Origin: a bacterium
GTDB taxonomy: Bacteria > Babelota > Babeliae > Babelales > JAUWHS01
Direction: 5' to 3'
NCBI GenBank assembly: GCA_043818275.1
Contig: JBDRFY010000064.1
Span: 1-54,463, forward strand
DNA: 54,463 nucleotides
Numbering within the stretch: the stretch's first letter is position 1; each line of letters opens with the position of its first letter. Shown here piece by piece: positions 36,875-47,156 of the stretch. A program made the position numbers and the translations under genes. The notes beneath the pieces are model-generated. The model was not told where the DNA came from. It saw nothing but the letters and a program-made list of their open reading frames with translations, and searched no databases.

Positions 36875-39478
36875 TTAATTTTTTTTTGAATTATTTTTTT
36901 CTTTTAAAATAAACCACTCTTTTGTAATTTCAATTGCAACGATTTCAAAAATTCCTAAACTTAAAATTATTAACCACTCATTTAAAGTTAACGGTACAGT
37001 TTTAAATAATTTTTGTAACGGGGCAAGGTAAATTGCACAAAGTTGAGTTATAAGTCCTGCAAATACTGCCAAAATTAACCACTTGTTTGAAAAAATATTT
37101 GTTCTAAAAATTGACCGGCGAAAACTTTTAACTGAGAAAACATAAAATAAAGAATCTATTGCAAGAGCGGTAAATATTAAAGTTCTTATGTGTGTTAAAT
37201 CACGTCCTGTTTTAAGTAAATAAATATACAAACCAAGTAAAATTAAATCTGTAATAATACCTATTAAAAAAATTAAAACCTTCATTTCTGTATTAATTAT
37301 TGGTTCGTCTTTTGCTCTGGGTTTTTCTTCCATAACTTCAGGTTCACTTGGCTCCATTGTTAGAGCAAGGCTTGGAAAACCATCAGTTACTAAATTTATC
37401 CAAAAAATTTGAGCAGCAAGTAAGGGAAGAGGTAATCCCATTAAAATTGATACACCTATCAAAATTATTTCACTAAAACTGTCAGCCAGAAGATAAACGA
37501 TTATTTTTCTTATGTTGTCAAAGATGGTTCGTCCAATTCTTACTGCCGCATCAATTGAAGAAAGATTGTTATCCAGTAAAACTACATCAGAAATTTCATG
37601 GGCGACATCTGATCCTGATCCTAAAGCAACTCCAATATCTGCAGCTTTTAATGCCGGCGCATCATTAACTCCATCTCCAATCATTGCAACAGCGAGTCCA
37701 ATTTTTTTCAGTGCATTAATAATTTTGATTTTATGTTTTGGTTCAACGCGCGCAAAAATGTTTATATCTTTTATTTTTTTTATTAATTGATTGTCAGAGA
37801 TTTCATCAAGTTCAATTCCTGTTAAAATGCTTTTTTCTTGTGCATCAATTCCGGCTTCTTTTGCAATATTAATTGCAGTATCTATATGATCACCGGTGAT
37901 AACAATAACCTGAATGCCAGCATTTTTAAGCTCATCTAATGTTTTACGCGCTTGAGGCCTAAGCGGATCTTTTATTCCAATTAAGCTTATGCAATTTAAA
38001 TTACGTAGGTTTTGTGTTATTTGAATATCATTAATGTTTTTTTCAGCAATTGCCAAAATCCGAAGTCCTTGCATTGCCATTTTGTCAGCTATTTCTTTAA
38101 ACCGTTTCAAATTATGATCTGGTTTGCAAAAACTAAAAATTTTTTCGGGCGCACCTTTTACAATTAATTTGTTTTCATTGTTTATTTTATGCACAGTGGC
38201 CATAAATTTTATTTCTGAAGAAAAAGGTATTTCATTTAATCGTTCAAATTTTTCTCTTACTTTTTTAATATTTAAACCTAAATTTTGTGCTGTCTGTAAA
38301 ATTGCTATTTCTGTTGGGTTTCCAATAATTGTTTTTGAATCATCAGGAAGTTGGGCGTCATTGTTTAAAGTTGCGGTAATTAAAATGTTTTCCAACCCTT
38401 CAGGTAGTTTTTCATTTTTTGTCAGTTCTCTTACATTTATTATTTCTGAATTGGTTGCAATTTGTGTTACCGACATTTTACCTTCTGTTATCGTTCCAGT
38501 TTTATCCGTACAGATAACAGAGACACTTCCTAGCGTTTCAGCTGCAACCAAATGTCTTACTAGTGCGTTTCGCTTAAGCATTCGCTGCATGCCAATTGCA
38601 AGGGTTACTGTTACTGCAACAAGTAATCCTTCAGGAATTGCTGCAACTGCTAGAGCAATACTAATTAAAATTATTTCATGGAAAGGCATTCCTTTAAGTA
38701 GACCAACAATGGAAATTATAATTGTTATTCCAACCATTACTCCACCAAGTATCCACGATAGTTTCTTTATTTTATTTTGCAGTGGAGTTGATTCTGTTTT
38801 TGTTTGAGTTACTAATGTTGCAATGTGTCCAAGATGAGTATTTATTCCGGTTGTTGTAATGATTCCTTTTGCTTTTCCTGAAATTGCATAAGTTCCAGCA
38901 AAAGCCATGTTTTTTTGATTAGATATTATTTCTTTCGTGTCTATTTTTTCTGTTTGTTTTGAAACAGGTTTTGATTCACCAGTTAAAATTGATTCATCAA
39001 CCTTAAAATCAATTATATTAAAAAGTCTTACATCGGCAGGGATCTTGTTGCCGGCAGAAATTAAAACAATGTCTCCAGGAACTAACTGTTTTGCATTTAT
39101 GTTTGTGATTTTATTGTCTCGTAGAACTTGGCAAAAAGTTGATTCATATGTTTGAATAGCGAGAAGAGCTCTTTCGGCTTTGAACTCCTGAATAAAACCA
39201 ACAACTACATTTAGCATTGCAGCCATTGCAATAACAATTGCATCTGTAAATTCTTGCAATATTATGCTTAACATGGCTGCAATTAAAAGAATGAACATTA
39301 ATGGATTTAAAAATTGTTTGATAAAAATTATAAAAGGGGACGTTGGTTTTTTTGTTGGTAAGCTGTTTTGACCATATAGTTTAAATCTTTTTTCAGATTC
39401 GTTTTTTGTTAAGCCTTTTTCTAAATCGGTATTTAATTCTTTGGAAACTTCTTGGTAACTATTTTTATAAAATTCCAT
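36875..39478 (-). CDS. P-type ATPase, P2A (Ca2+/cation) family
   Basis: TGES, PEGL, DKTGT, KGAPE, TGD, GDGVND and INLVTD. Confidence 0.95.
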   Translation of the reverse strand: MEFYKNSYQEVSKELNTDLEKGLTKNESEKRFKLYGQNSLPTKKPTSPFIIFIKQFLNPLMFILLIAAMLSIILQEFTDAIVIAMAAMLNVVVGFIQEFKAERALLAIQTYESTFCQVLRDNKITNINAKQLVPGDIVLISAGNKIPADVRLFNIIDFKVDESILTGESKPVSKQTEKIDTKEIISNQKNMAFAGTYAISGKAKGIITTTGINTHLGHIATLVTQTKTESTPLQNKIKKLSWILGGVMVGITIIISIVGLLKGMPFHEIILISIALAVAAIPEGLLVAVTVTLAIGMQRMLKRNALVRHLVAAETLGSVSVICTDKTGTITEGKMSVTQIATNSEIINVRELTKNEKLPEGLENILITATLNNDAQLPDDSKTIIGNPTEIAILQTAQNLGLNIKKVREKFERLNEIPFSSEIKFMATVHKINNENKLIVKGAPEKIFSFCKPDHNLKRFKEIADKMAMQGLRILAIAEKNINDIQITQNLRNLNCISLIGIKDPLRPQARKTLDELKNAGIQVIVITGDHIDTAINIAKEAGIDAQEKSILTGIELDEISDNQLIKKIKDINIFARVEPKHKIKIINALKKIGLAVAMIGDGVNDAPALKAADIGVALGSGSDVAHEISDVVLLDNNLSSIDAAVRIGRTIFDNIRKIIVYLLADSFSEIILIGVSILMGLPLPLLAAQIFWINLVTDGFPSLALTMEPSEPEVMEEKPRAKDEPIINTEMKVLIFLIGIITDLILLGLYIYLLKTGRDLTHIRTLIFTALAIDSLFYVFSVKSFRRSIFRTNIFSNKWLILAVFAGLITQLCAIYLAPLQKLFKTVPLTLNEWLIILSLGIFEIVAIEITKEWFILKEKNNSKKN

Positions 39479-39632
39479 TTTTATCTCCTTTTACGCATTT
39501 GTTTTTTTAAGCAACGAATGTTTTAAGATTGATTGCTATGTTACATTGATAAACATTAACTTATTTTGTTATTTGCTTTCAATTTTTAAATTAATCTAAA
39601 TTATTTAAAGTGAATTTAAATATTTAAGGAGA

Positions 39633-40514
39633 ATGAAAATGAAAAAAATATCAATTGATATCCCTGCAGATGTTCCTTCAAGTATGCATAAAACTTATGA
39701 ACAAAATTATTTAAAAGTTTTGGGTGAATACGAAAAATTGTTTCTTTTTGCAGGGGATCAAAAAATTGAACATTTAAATTCTGATTTTTATGGTCCTGGA
39801 ATTGATAAAGCTGACTCAAGTCCAGAACATTTATTTAAAATTGCATCCCAAGGCAAAGTTGGAGTAATGGCGACCCAGCTTGGTTTGATTTCGATGTATG
39901 GAAATGATTATAAGGATATTAATTACGTTGTTAAATTAAATTCAAAAACAAATTTAGTTTCTACAGCACAAAAAGATCCGGTTAGCTTGAGTTTAAATTC
40001 TGTAAATGACGTTGTTAGTTTTGCTAAAACCAGCAAATTAAAAATTGTTGGAGTTGGCTATACAATTTATTTGGGAAGTGAATTTGAAGCTGTAATGTTG
40101 CAGGAGGCCTCACATATTGTTTTTCAGGCTCATCAAAATGGATTGCTTGCAATGTTATGGATTTATCCAAGAGGCAAAGCTGTAAAAAATGAAAAAAGTT
40201 TAGAAATGATTGCTGGAGCAGTAGGAGTTGCTGCATGTCTTGGTGCTGATTTTGTAAAAGTAAACCCACCGGAAGCTGAAAATAGTAAAAAAAGCGCGGA
40301 GTCTTTAAAGATTGCAACATTAGCTGCAGGTAAAACCAAGGTTATTTGTTCTGGTGGAAAACAAAAAGTCAAAAAAACATTTTTGAAAGAAGTTGAAGAT
40401 TTAATTAAAATTGGTGGAGCTCAAGGAATTGCGGTTGGAAGAAATTTACATCAACGATCTTTAAAAGAAGCTGTAAGTTTAATAAATGATATTTATAAAA
40501 TTTTTAAAAAATAA
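39633..40514 (+). CDS. Class I fructose-bisphosphate aldolase (DhnA/FbaB family)
   Basis: FAGDQKIEH, GYTIYLGS, W.YPRG, LGADFVK (Schiff-base Lys), SGG and GRN. Confidence 0.88.
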   Translation: MKMKKISIDIPADVPSSMHKTYEQNYLKVLGEYEKLFLFAGDQKIEHLNSDFYGPGIDKADSSPEHLFKIASQGKVGVMATQLGLISMYGNDYKDINYVVKLNSKTNLVSTAQKDPVSLSLNSVNDVVSFAKTSKLKIVGVGYTIYLGSEFEAVMLQEASHIVFQAHQNGLLAMLWIYPRGKAVKNEKSLEMIAGAVGVAACLGADFVKVNPPEAENSKKSAESLKIATLAAGKTKVICSGGKQKVKKTFLKEVEDLIKIGGAQGIAVGRNLHQRSLKEAVSLINDIYKIFKK

Positions 40515-40526
40515 AAAGGAATATTT

Positions 40527-41264
40527 ATGGTTAATGGCAATCCTTTGGGTAAAAGATTAAAAGAATATTTTAAATTTTTAAAAAGTTTGATGCTGACAAA
40601 TGCCCGTTTAATTTCAGGAATGTGGAAATTAACAAAATTACCACAACCAGCAATTACGGTTTTTGGTGGAAGCAGGCTTTCAAGAGATAGTATTTATGCA
40701 AAACAGGCAGAACAGTTAGCCGAAAAATTGGCTGCAAATGGTTTTTCTATTATTACAGGTGGGGGCGCTGGAATTATGGAGGCTGCAAATTACGGAGCTT
40801 TGCAGGCCTCAAAGGAATGGGGAAAAGTTAATGGAGAAAAACAATTAAAGATGACTTCCGTTGGGATAGGTTTATTTTGGTTGACCGAAGGTGGGGAAAA
40901 AACAAATAAATATGTTCAGGACCAAATAATTATGTATCATTTTTTTTCCAGAAAATGGTTGCTTGTAAGGTATTCTGTTGGGTTTGCTGTTTTTCCGGGT
41001 GGTTTTGGGACTTTGGATGAAACTTTTGAAGTTATAACGTTAATTCAGGCCAGTCGTATGCCGCACTTTCCTATTGTACTTTTAGGGCAGGAATATTGGC
41101 AGCCAATAATTGATTGGGCAATTAATAAAGCTTTGAAAGAAAAGTTAATAAGTGAAGAGGATCTTAGAATTGTTTCCATAGCCAGAGATGTTGATCATGC
41201 ATTTGAACTCCTTTGTCAAAAATGTGAAAAAAAGGATACAGAAAAACATCTTTACGAAGAATAA
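40527..41264 (+). CDS. LOG-family nucleotide phosphoribohydrolase
   Basis: ITGGG.GIMEAAN.GA, FFSRK and PGGFGTLDE. Confidence 0.92.
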   Translation: MVNGNPLGKRLKEYFKFLKSLMLTNARLISGMWKLTKLPQPAITVFGGSRLSRDSIYAKQAEQLAEKLAANGFSIITGGGAGIMEAANYGALQASKEWGKVNGEKQLKMTSVGIGLFWLTEGGEKTNKYVQDQIIMYHFFSRKWLLVRYSVGFAVFPGGFGTLDETFEVITLIQASRMPHFPIVLLGQEYWQPIIDWAINKALKEKLISEEDLRIVSIARDVDHAFELLCQKCEKKDTEKHLYEE

Positions 41265-41352
41265 TTTAAAACTTGAAATAGTTTTACGTTAAGTTGTAGT
41301 ATCAAAAATCATATATTTGATATGAAAAACATGAATTTTTTAAGGAGAAAGT

Positions 41353-44226
41353 ATGAAGTTTTTTTTGAAAAAATTTTTTATATTATTTTTTTCTTTTTCA
41401 ATTTTAATAAATTGTTTTGCTCCCGCGCTTGAACAAGATTATGGCTTTGGAATAATTGAGGCAATCAGAAATAATTTGCCTGGTGAAAATGATATTTTAA
41501 AAGTGTCTAGCAGAAAACCGTTAAAAATTAAAGGGAAAAGAACATATTTAAGACAACTTGAGATAAAACCGAAAGAGACTATTGAATTTGAAGATATAGA
41601 AGTTCTTGATTCGGGTTTAACCGTTAAAGGTTTTTATACCCAGGATATTCCACAATTTCCTTCCGGTTCAATGTTGATTCTTAATCCTTTAAGAGGTGCC
41701 GGTTTTGCCTGGATGGGAAAATCAATAGATGTTCCAAATAAAACTGCAGTCTATGCAAGAATTAAAGCGGGGGACAAGGGCGGGGCAATAATTGCTTTTT
41801 CAAATAAAGCATCTTTTGATTTTCAATATAAAGTTGTTTTGGGATCTGCAAATAATACAGAATCGGTAATTATAAAAAAAGATAAAAAGAGAAATAAAGA
41901 ACAGATTCTTTTAAGAGTAATAAAAGATGAAAATACATTTGCGGCTTTAAGACCAGGCCGATTTGATGAATATTGGGTAAGTTTTAATGATGGTATGATT
42001 ATTGTTGGAAGGGGAGTAATTGGAGAAAATCCATTTATGTCTGTTTTTGATCCGGATTTTTATACTGATGTAAACAGAATTGGTTTTGGCTCAAGTGATA
42101 CGGAAGTTAATTTTGTTGATATTCAGACAACTTTGCCTGTTATTGCCCAAACAATTTGGCAACCATATTTTTCTGAGGCAGGTCCTTTGAAATTAGAAGA
42201 AAAAAGTGGCAGATATAAAATATCTCCCAAACCGTTGCGTGTTCCTGGAAGAGGATGTTTTTCTTTTGAGGCCAAAGGAACAGCAATTTCGGTTGCTCTT
42301 GGTGATAATATGGAATATGAATTATTAATTGGTGTAGATGCAAATTCCAGAACAGTGTTAAAAAGAGAAGGAAAAGTTGTTACATCAATTTTGGCAGATG
42401 CATGCAAAGATATTGTTATAACTTCACCAGATGAATTTTATAAATATTGGATTTCAATTTATAACGGTGAAATTTTATTTGGAAAAGGCGATGTTGGAAA
42501 AAATCTTTTGCTTGTTTATAAAGATGGAAAACCGCTTGATGTTTCAAATACTCTAAATTTAGGTTCTATTGCTGCTTCAGGAAAATATGCAATTGATGGA
42601 AAGGTGGAATTTAAGGATGTGAAAATAGGACCTTCTGTGGATTTAACCCTGGATGTTCAGCAAGATTATTATAAAAAAGAAAAAAATTTATTTAGATTTT
42701 CTGATTCTTTTGTAGTTGTAAGTCCATTGGAGTATGAAATTTTTCAGACTGGTCAGCAGGTTGGAGTAAAAGATTTAATAATTGGACCAACATATTTTTT
42801 GCAAAAAGTTCCACAGCAGGGAGCAAAATATTTTTTTATGCTTATTATCAATCCTGATGGATCACCAGATCTTGTTTGGATTAAAGGTCCGGAAGAATCT
42901 AAATTAAAAGTTACTCTATCCAAAGCCGCATATATTACAAGGGCAACAGCAGATGCTTTAACTGCTTCTGCGCAGGCTACAAGTTTAGCTTCAGGTCCAG
43001 GCAAAGGAGGTTTAATTGGAGGTGTTGCCTCTGTTGGAATGGGTTTAGCTGCTATTGGAGGATCTGTTGCGGCTGCCGGGATGGAATTTGATTTAAGCAG
43101 GTATAGGGGTGATGACAGTTATGTATTTATGGAAGCTGGAAATAAAGAAGCGATGGCGAACTTGGCTATTCCTGAAAGCGCTAAGGTAAATCGGCAGATA
43201 GTTTTATCGCGTGTCCAGGAAGCTTTACTTGAAAAAGATCCTGCAACTTTGGCTGTCATGTATCAGGATATTATTGATTTAATAAATCATTTTTATGTTG
43301 TTGAAGATATAGAAGGATCAAAAACTTCCTACGTTAAGAAAAAAATATTTGACGCGCTTGAACGATTGTATAATGAACGATACAAACAACAAAGTATCGA
43401 ATATTATTTATCTTTATTAAATTTATTAACTGATGCAAGAGATAATCCATATTTGACAGATGTTAGTGATTCTGTTGAGAAAAATTTAAAAGATCAGTGG
43501 TACGTTTGGAGTAATGAAATAGCCAGAGAATTATTTGATGCGAGAAATAAAACTCAGGCCGGTGTATCAATTCCGCCATCTTATGGAGAATATTTTTGGG
43601 TTAAGGATGCGTTTGAAAAAGAAGGCGAGGGTTCTGTTACTTTTGAAGCTAAGGCTTTAAGTGATATTTTTGTTTGCTTTGGTCAACAACCGTTTAAAAC
43701 AAGAAACGCGCAAAATCAGATTTATGAAATTGTAATTGGCGCATGGGATAATGATAAAACGGTTCTTCGTGTTTCAAGTTTGGGTAAAACGGTAAAAGAA
43801 TATAAAAAATCTGAATATCCAGATGCGGTTGCAGATCCGCTGGAATTTAAAAAATATTGGATGAGTATTAAGGATGGTGAAATTACAATGGGAACAGGAG
43901 ATCTCGATCCTAAAAACACTTTGCTTAAATGGAAAGATCCTTATCCAATTAAAAGAGTCAGATATGTTGGATTTAGTTCTTGGAATTCAAAGGTTGATGT
44001 AAGAAATATAGAAGTTCACAATTATTCAGTTTATGATGTGCCAAAAGTTAAAACAGAAGTAAAAGCAAAAACCGTTGAAAAGTTGAAACCCATAGCTGAA
44101 AAACCGGAAGAATCCAAAATTAAAATTGAAGAAAAAACTCAGGCAGCAAAATTACCCAAAAAAGAAAACAATATAAAAATAAAAGAAGAAGATATAAAAA
44201 TAGAAGAAATTCCAGTTGAAGCCTAG
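41353..44226 (+). CDS. Large secreted protein with three Methyltransf_FA-like repeats and a central hydrophobic segment (paralog A)
   Basis: Signal peptide; three units of Y.(I/V/L)..G..N....(I/L)...F..YW.S...G.I..G.G......D; the last ends DPYPIKRVRYVGFSSW. Confidence 0.75.
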   Translation: MKFFLKKFFILFFSFSILINCFAPALEQDYGFGIIEAIRNNLPGENDILKVSSRKPLKIKGKRTYLRQLEIKPKETIEFEDIEVLDSGLTVKGFYTQDIPQFPSGSMLILNPLRGAGFAWMGKSIDVPNKTAVYARIKAGDKGGAIIAFSNKASFDFQYKVVLGSANNTESVIIKKDKKRNKEQILLRVIKDENTFAALRPGRFDEYWVSFNDGMIIVGRGVIGENPFMSVFDPDFYTDVNRIGFGSSDTEVNFVDIQTTLPVIAQTIWQPYFSEAGPLKLEEKSGRYKISPKPLRVPGRGCFSFEAKGTAISVALGDNMEYELLIGVDANSRTVLKREGKVVTSILADACKDIVITSPDEFYKYWISIYNGEILFGKGDVGKNLLLVYKDGKPLDVSNTLNLGSIAASGKYAIDGKVEFKDVKIGPSVDLTLDVQQDYYKKEKNLFRFSDSFVVVSPLEYEIFQTGQQVGVKDLIIGPTYFLQKVPQQGAKYFFMLIINPDGSPDLVWIKGPEESKLKVTLSKAAYITRATADALTASAQATSLASGPGKGGLIGGVASVGMGLAAIGGSVAAAGMEFDLSRYRGDDSYVFMEAGNKEAMANLAIPESAKVNRQIVLSRVQEALLEKDPATLAVMYQDIIDLINHFYVVEDIEGSKTSYVKKKIFDALERLYNERYKQQSIEYYLSLLNLLTDARDNPYLTDVSDSVEKNLKDQWYVWSNEIARELFDARNKTQAGVSIPPSYGEYFWVKDAFEKEGEGSVTFEAKALSDIFVCFGQQPFKTRNAQNQIYEIVIGAWDNDKTVLRVSSLGKTVKEYKKSEYPDAVADPLEFKKYWMSIKDGEITMGTGDLDPKNTLLKWKDPYPIKRVRYVGFSSWNSKVDVRNIEVHNYSVYDVPKVKTEVKAKTVEKLKPIAEKPEESKIKIEEKTQAAKLPKKENNIKIKEEDIKIEEIPVEA

Positions 44227-44245
44227 TTTTTAATTTTATGTAGTT

Positions 44246-44280
44246 AGCGCTTGCTTTTTTATAAAGCAGGCGCTTTTTTT
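44246..44280 (+). terminator. Rho-independent terminator
   Basis: AGCGCTTGCTTT/AAAGCAGGCGCT stem followed by a T-run. Confidence 0.8.
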
Positions 44281-44356
44281 GTTTCTTGAAAAAAATTAAA
44301 TAATTTTGTTTTTATTTACTTATATTTAGAAATTAAAAGTAAGCAAGGAGTTTGAA

Positions 44357-47134
44357 ATGAAATTTAAATATTTATTTTTTATATTACACATTTTGTTTTT
44401 TTATTTAAATTCTATGAGTGATTTAGAAAGGCTTCATAGAATGGAAAAACGTGAACATATAACACAAGAAAAAGCAGGAGAGGTAAAAGAGGAGGCCAAA
44501 GAAGTTATTGACCCATCTTCCTTTGGTAAATTTGGCTTTGCGCATTTATCACAAATAAGAAATCAGACAAAAGATCCTTTAAAAATTAGTTCTTCATCGT
44601 TTCTGACCAAAAATAGTAGTTATGAAAGAATATTAAAAATTAAACCGAACGAAACATCTATTTTAAATTTTGATGCGTTGATTGATGGATCATATATAAG
44701 AATTGAAGGCTTTGGTCAAAGTAATGTTACAGGTCTGGTTAAAGGATCGGCTATAAAAGTTAATGCTGGGTATGCATGGCTTGATAAATCTTTTGAAAAA
44801 CAAAATCAAGCAACAGTTGTTTTTGGCGCCAGACCTTATCTTGATTTGGCGAATCAAAATATAGGTAAAATAGAAATTGTTTTAGGGGGAAAAATTTCCA
44901 CTGATTATGATTATAAAATTGTGATAGGTGATGAAAAAAATACAACCTCTTATATTTTGAAAAAAGATAAAACAACAGGCAAAGAAAAAATTGTTTATAA
45001 AATTGAAACCAAAACCAATCCTCTTTCAAAAATTACATCAGGAAAATTTGAAACTTATTGGATAAGCCTTTATAAAAATCTTATTTTGGTTGGAAAAGGT
45101 CAGCCGGGACAAAATATTTTTATGTCTTTTTATGACACAGATTATTCGGATAATATTTATAGATTTGGTTTTGGAGCAGGAAAAATTTCAGTTGATTATT
45201 CAGGAATTCAGCTCATTCCTCCAGTGATTGCGCAAAAGTCTTGGCAACCATATTTTGAACAGGATGGAAATCCCGAAATAAAAGGAGTAAAAGGAAATTT
45301 TAATGTTTTAAAAACTCCATTTAAGGTTCCGGGATCTGGTTGTATTTCTTTTTACGCAAAAGGAAATAGTGGCATAGCTATTGCGTTTGGAGATAAATTT
45401 GAATATCAACTTTTGATTGGCGCTGACGCAAATTCCCGAACTCTTCTTGTAAGAAATGGGGTAGTCGTTATTTCTATAATGAGTGATGTTAATCCGGAGA
45501 TAGTTTTGAAAGATCCGGAAAAATTTAATCATTATTGGATATCAATAAATGATGGATTTGTTTTATTTGGTAAAGGAGACCCGGGGCAAAATTTAATGTT
45601 TGCCTGGAAAGATGATGATCCAATTACAATTTCAAATCAAATTGCGATAGGCTTGCCTGTAACTACATTTAAAATTAAAGGCAATCCTGATTGTAAAAAT
45701 ATAGAATTAGGTTCTTCAATTAATTTAAATGTTGAATCTGAGCAAGATTATTATCATGAAAAAAAAGAGTTATATAAATACCCGGATTCTTTTACCGTTA
45801 TAAATCCATTTAAGTATGAGTTATTTCAGGACAGACAAATTGTTGGGGTAAAGGATCTTGTTCTTGAAAAGAATTATGATTTAGCCAAAATAACTCAGGA
45901 TAAAGCAGATTATTATTTAATGATGATAATTGAACCTGATGGTACTCCTAAAATTCAAAATTCTCGTGGTCCAGAACCTTCTGAAGAAACTGTTTCTCTT
46001 GCAAAAAACGCATATATTTTAAAAATGGGGAGCCAGGAAGCGCTTGAAGTTGGAGAATATGTTAGTTGGGGTGCTGGAAGAGGTGGCGGAGGAATGATAT
46101 CCATGCTTGGTTCACAGCTGTATTTGGGAATTGGTAAAACTTTGTCGGTAAGGTCTTTGGCTATGGAAGAGCAAACTAAGCTGGGGTATCAGACTCCTGA
46201 AGAATATGCATTTATAGAAGCTGTTCCAAAACCTTCTGTTTCCGATTACAAACCTTCTGATGAAGCTGTCAAAAATAAAAAATTGGTTGATGATTCACTA
46301 GAAGAAATAAGATTTTATCAGGATCCAGAATTAATTCTCGTGACATATTCATATATTTTAAATTTTATTAATGATTTTTATGTGATTGATGATTATAACA
46401 AAAAGAAAATACAGGAAGCTGTTGAATTTTTATACAATTATGGACTTGGTCAAGTACGGGAAGATGATTATTATAAAAAATTATTAAAACTTCTTCTTGA
46501 TGTCAGGGATAATCCATATCTTGTTGATTTAAATAATCCTGAGGATTTAAGTTTAAAAAAACAGTGGCATTATTGGGCGAATCAGATTGCTTTATATCTT
46601 ATGCAAAAGGAAAATAAGTCTGATGAGGGAGTAAAAATTCCACCAACATTTGGAGAACCTTTTTGGATTCCTGCGCCGCTACCAGAGTTGAATAAAGGTA
46701 AGATTTCTTTTTACGCAAAAGGATTGCATGATATTTATGTTTGTTTTTCTCCAGAAAAAAATTTAATCAGAAATAGTGATATTTCTTTTTATGAGATTGT
46801 GATTCGTGGTTGGAATGGAACAAAAAGTGCTATTCGGACAACAAGTTTGGGAAAATCTGTTAGTGAGTTTCAGCATATTGCGCAAATTAAAACAGAAAAA
46901 GGATTGGAATATGAACTAGATCCAAACAATTTAAAGGTTTTAGCTGAAAATTATAAATTTAGAAAGTATGTAGTGAGCTTTAATGATGGTCATATAATTG
47001 TTTTGGAAGATGATAAAAAAATACTTGATTGGCAAGATCCTTATCCGATTAAAAATATTAAATATGTAGGAATTGGTTCCTGGGATGTTTATGTAAATTT
47101 TAGGGATATCATGGTTGGTAAAGTATTGAAATGA
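44357..47134 (+). CDS. Large secreted protein with three Methyltransf_FA-like repeats (paralog B)
   Basis: Colinear with paralog A (PVIAQ..WQPYF, PG.GC.SF.AKG, LLIG.DANSRT, RDNPYL, QW..W.N.IA, IPP..GE, DPYPIK..YVG..SW). Confidence 0.75.
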   Translation: MKFKYLFFILHILFFYLNSMSDLERLHRMEKREHITQEKAGEVKEEAKEVIDPSSFGKFGFAHLSQIRNQTKDPLKISSSSFLTKNSSYERILKIKPNETSILNFDALIDGSYIRIEGFGQSNVTGLVKGSAIKVNAGYAWLDKSFEKQNQATVVFGARPYLDLANQNIGKIEIVLGGKISTDYDYKIVIGDEKNTTSYILKKDKTTGKEKIVYKIETKTNPLSKITSGKFETYWISLYKNLILVGKGQPGQNIFMSFYDTDYSDNIYRFGFGAGKISVDYSGIQLIPPVIAQKSWQPYFEQDGNPEIKGVKGNFNVLKTPFKVPGSGCISFYAKGNSGIAIAFGDKFEYQLLIGADANSRTLLVRNGVVVISIMSDVNPEIVLKDPEKFNHYWISINDGFVLFGKGDPGQNLMFAWKDDDPITISNQIAIGLPVTTFKIKGNPDCKNIELGSSINLNVESEQDYYHEKKELYKYPDSFTVINPFKYELFQDRQIVGVKDLVLEKNYDLAKITQDKADYYLMMIIEPDGTPKIQNSRGPEPSEETVSLAKNAYILKMGSQEALEVGEYVSWGAGRGGGGMISMLGSQLYLGIGKTLSVRSLAMEEQTKLGYQTPEEYAFIEAVPKPSVSDYKPSDEAVKNKKLVDDSLEEIRFYQDPELILVTYSYILNFINDFYVIDDYNKKKIQEAVEFLYNYGLGQVREDDYYKKLLKLLLDVRDNPYLVDLNNPEDLSLKKQWHYWANQIALYLMQKENKSDEGVKIPPTFGEPFWIPAPLPELNKGKISFYAKGLHDIYVCFSPEKNLIRNSDISFYEIVIRGWNGTKSAIRTTSLGKSVSEFQHIAQIKTEKGLEYELDPNNLKVLAENYKFRKYVVSFNDGHIIVLEDDKKILDWQDPYPIKNIKYVGIGSWDVYVNFRDIMVGKVLK

Positions 47135-47156
47135 TTTTTTAAATTAAGGAAAAGGG

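Noticed and set aside
38124..38807. 227-aa plus-strand ORF and other short antisense ORFs (e.g. 555-860, 29797-30153, 50768-51064)
   Set aside because: They are shadow frames opposite well-supported genes and show no motifs
41353..47134. Annotation as true methyltransferases
   Set aside because: No recognisable SAM-binding Rossmann motif in the repeats, and the proteins are secreted
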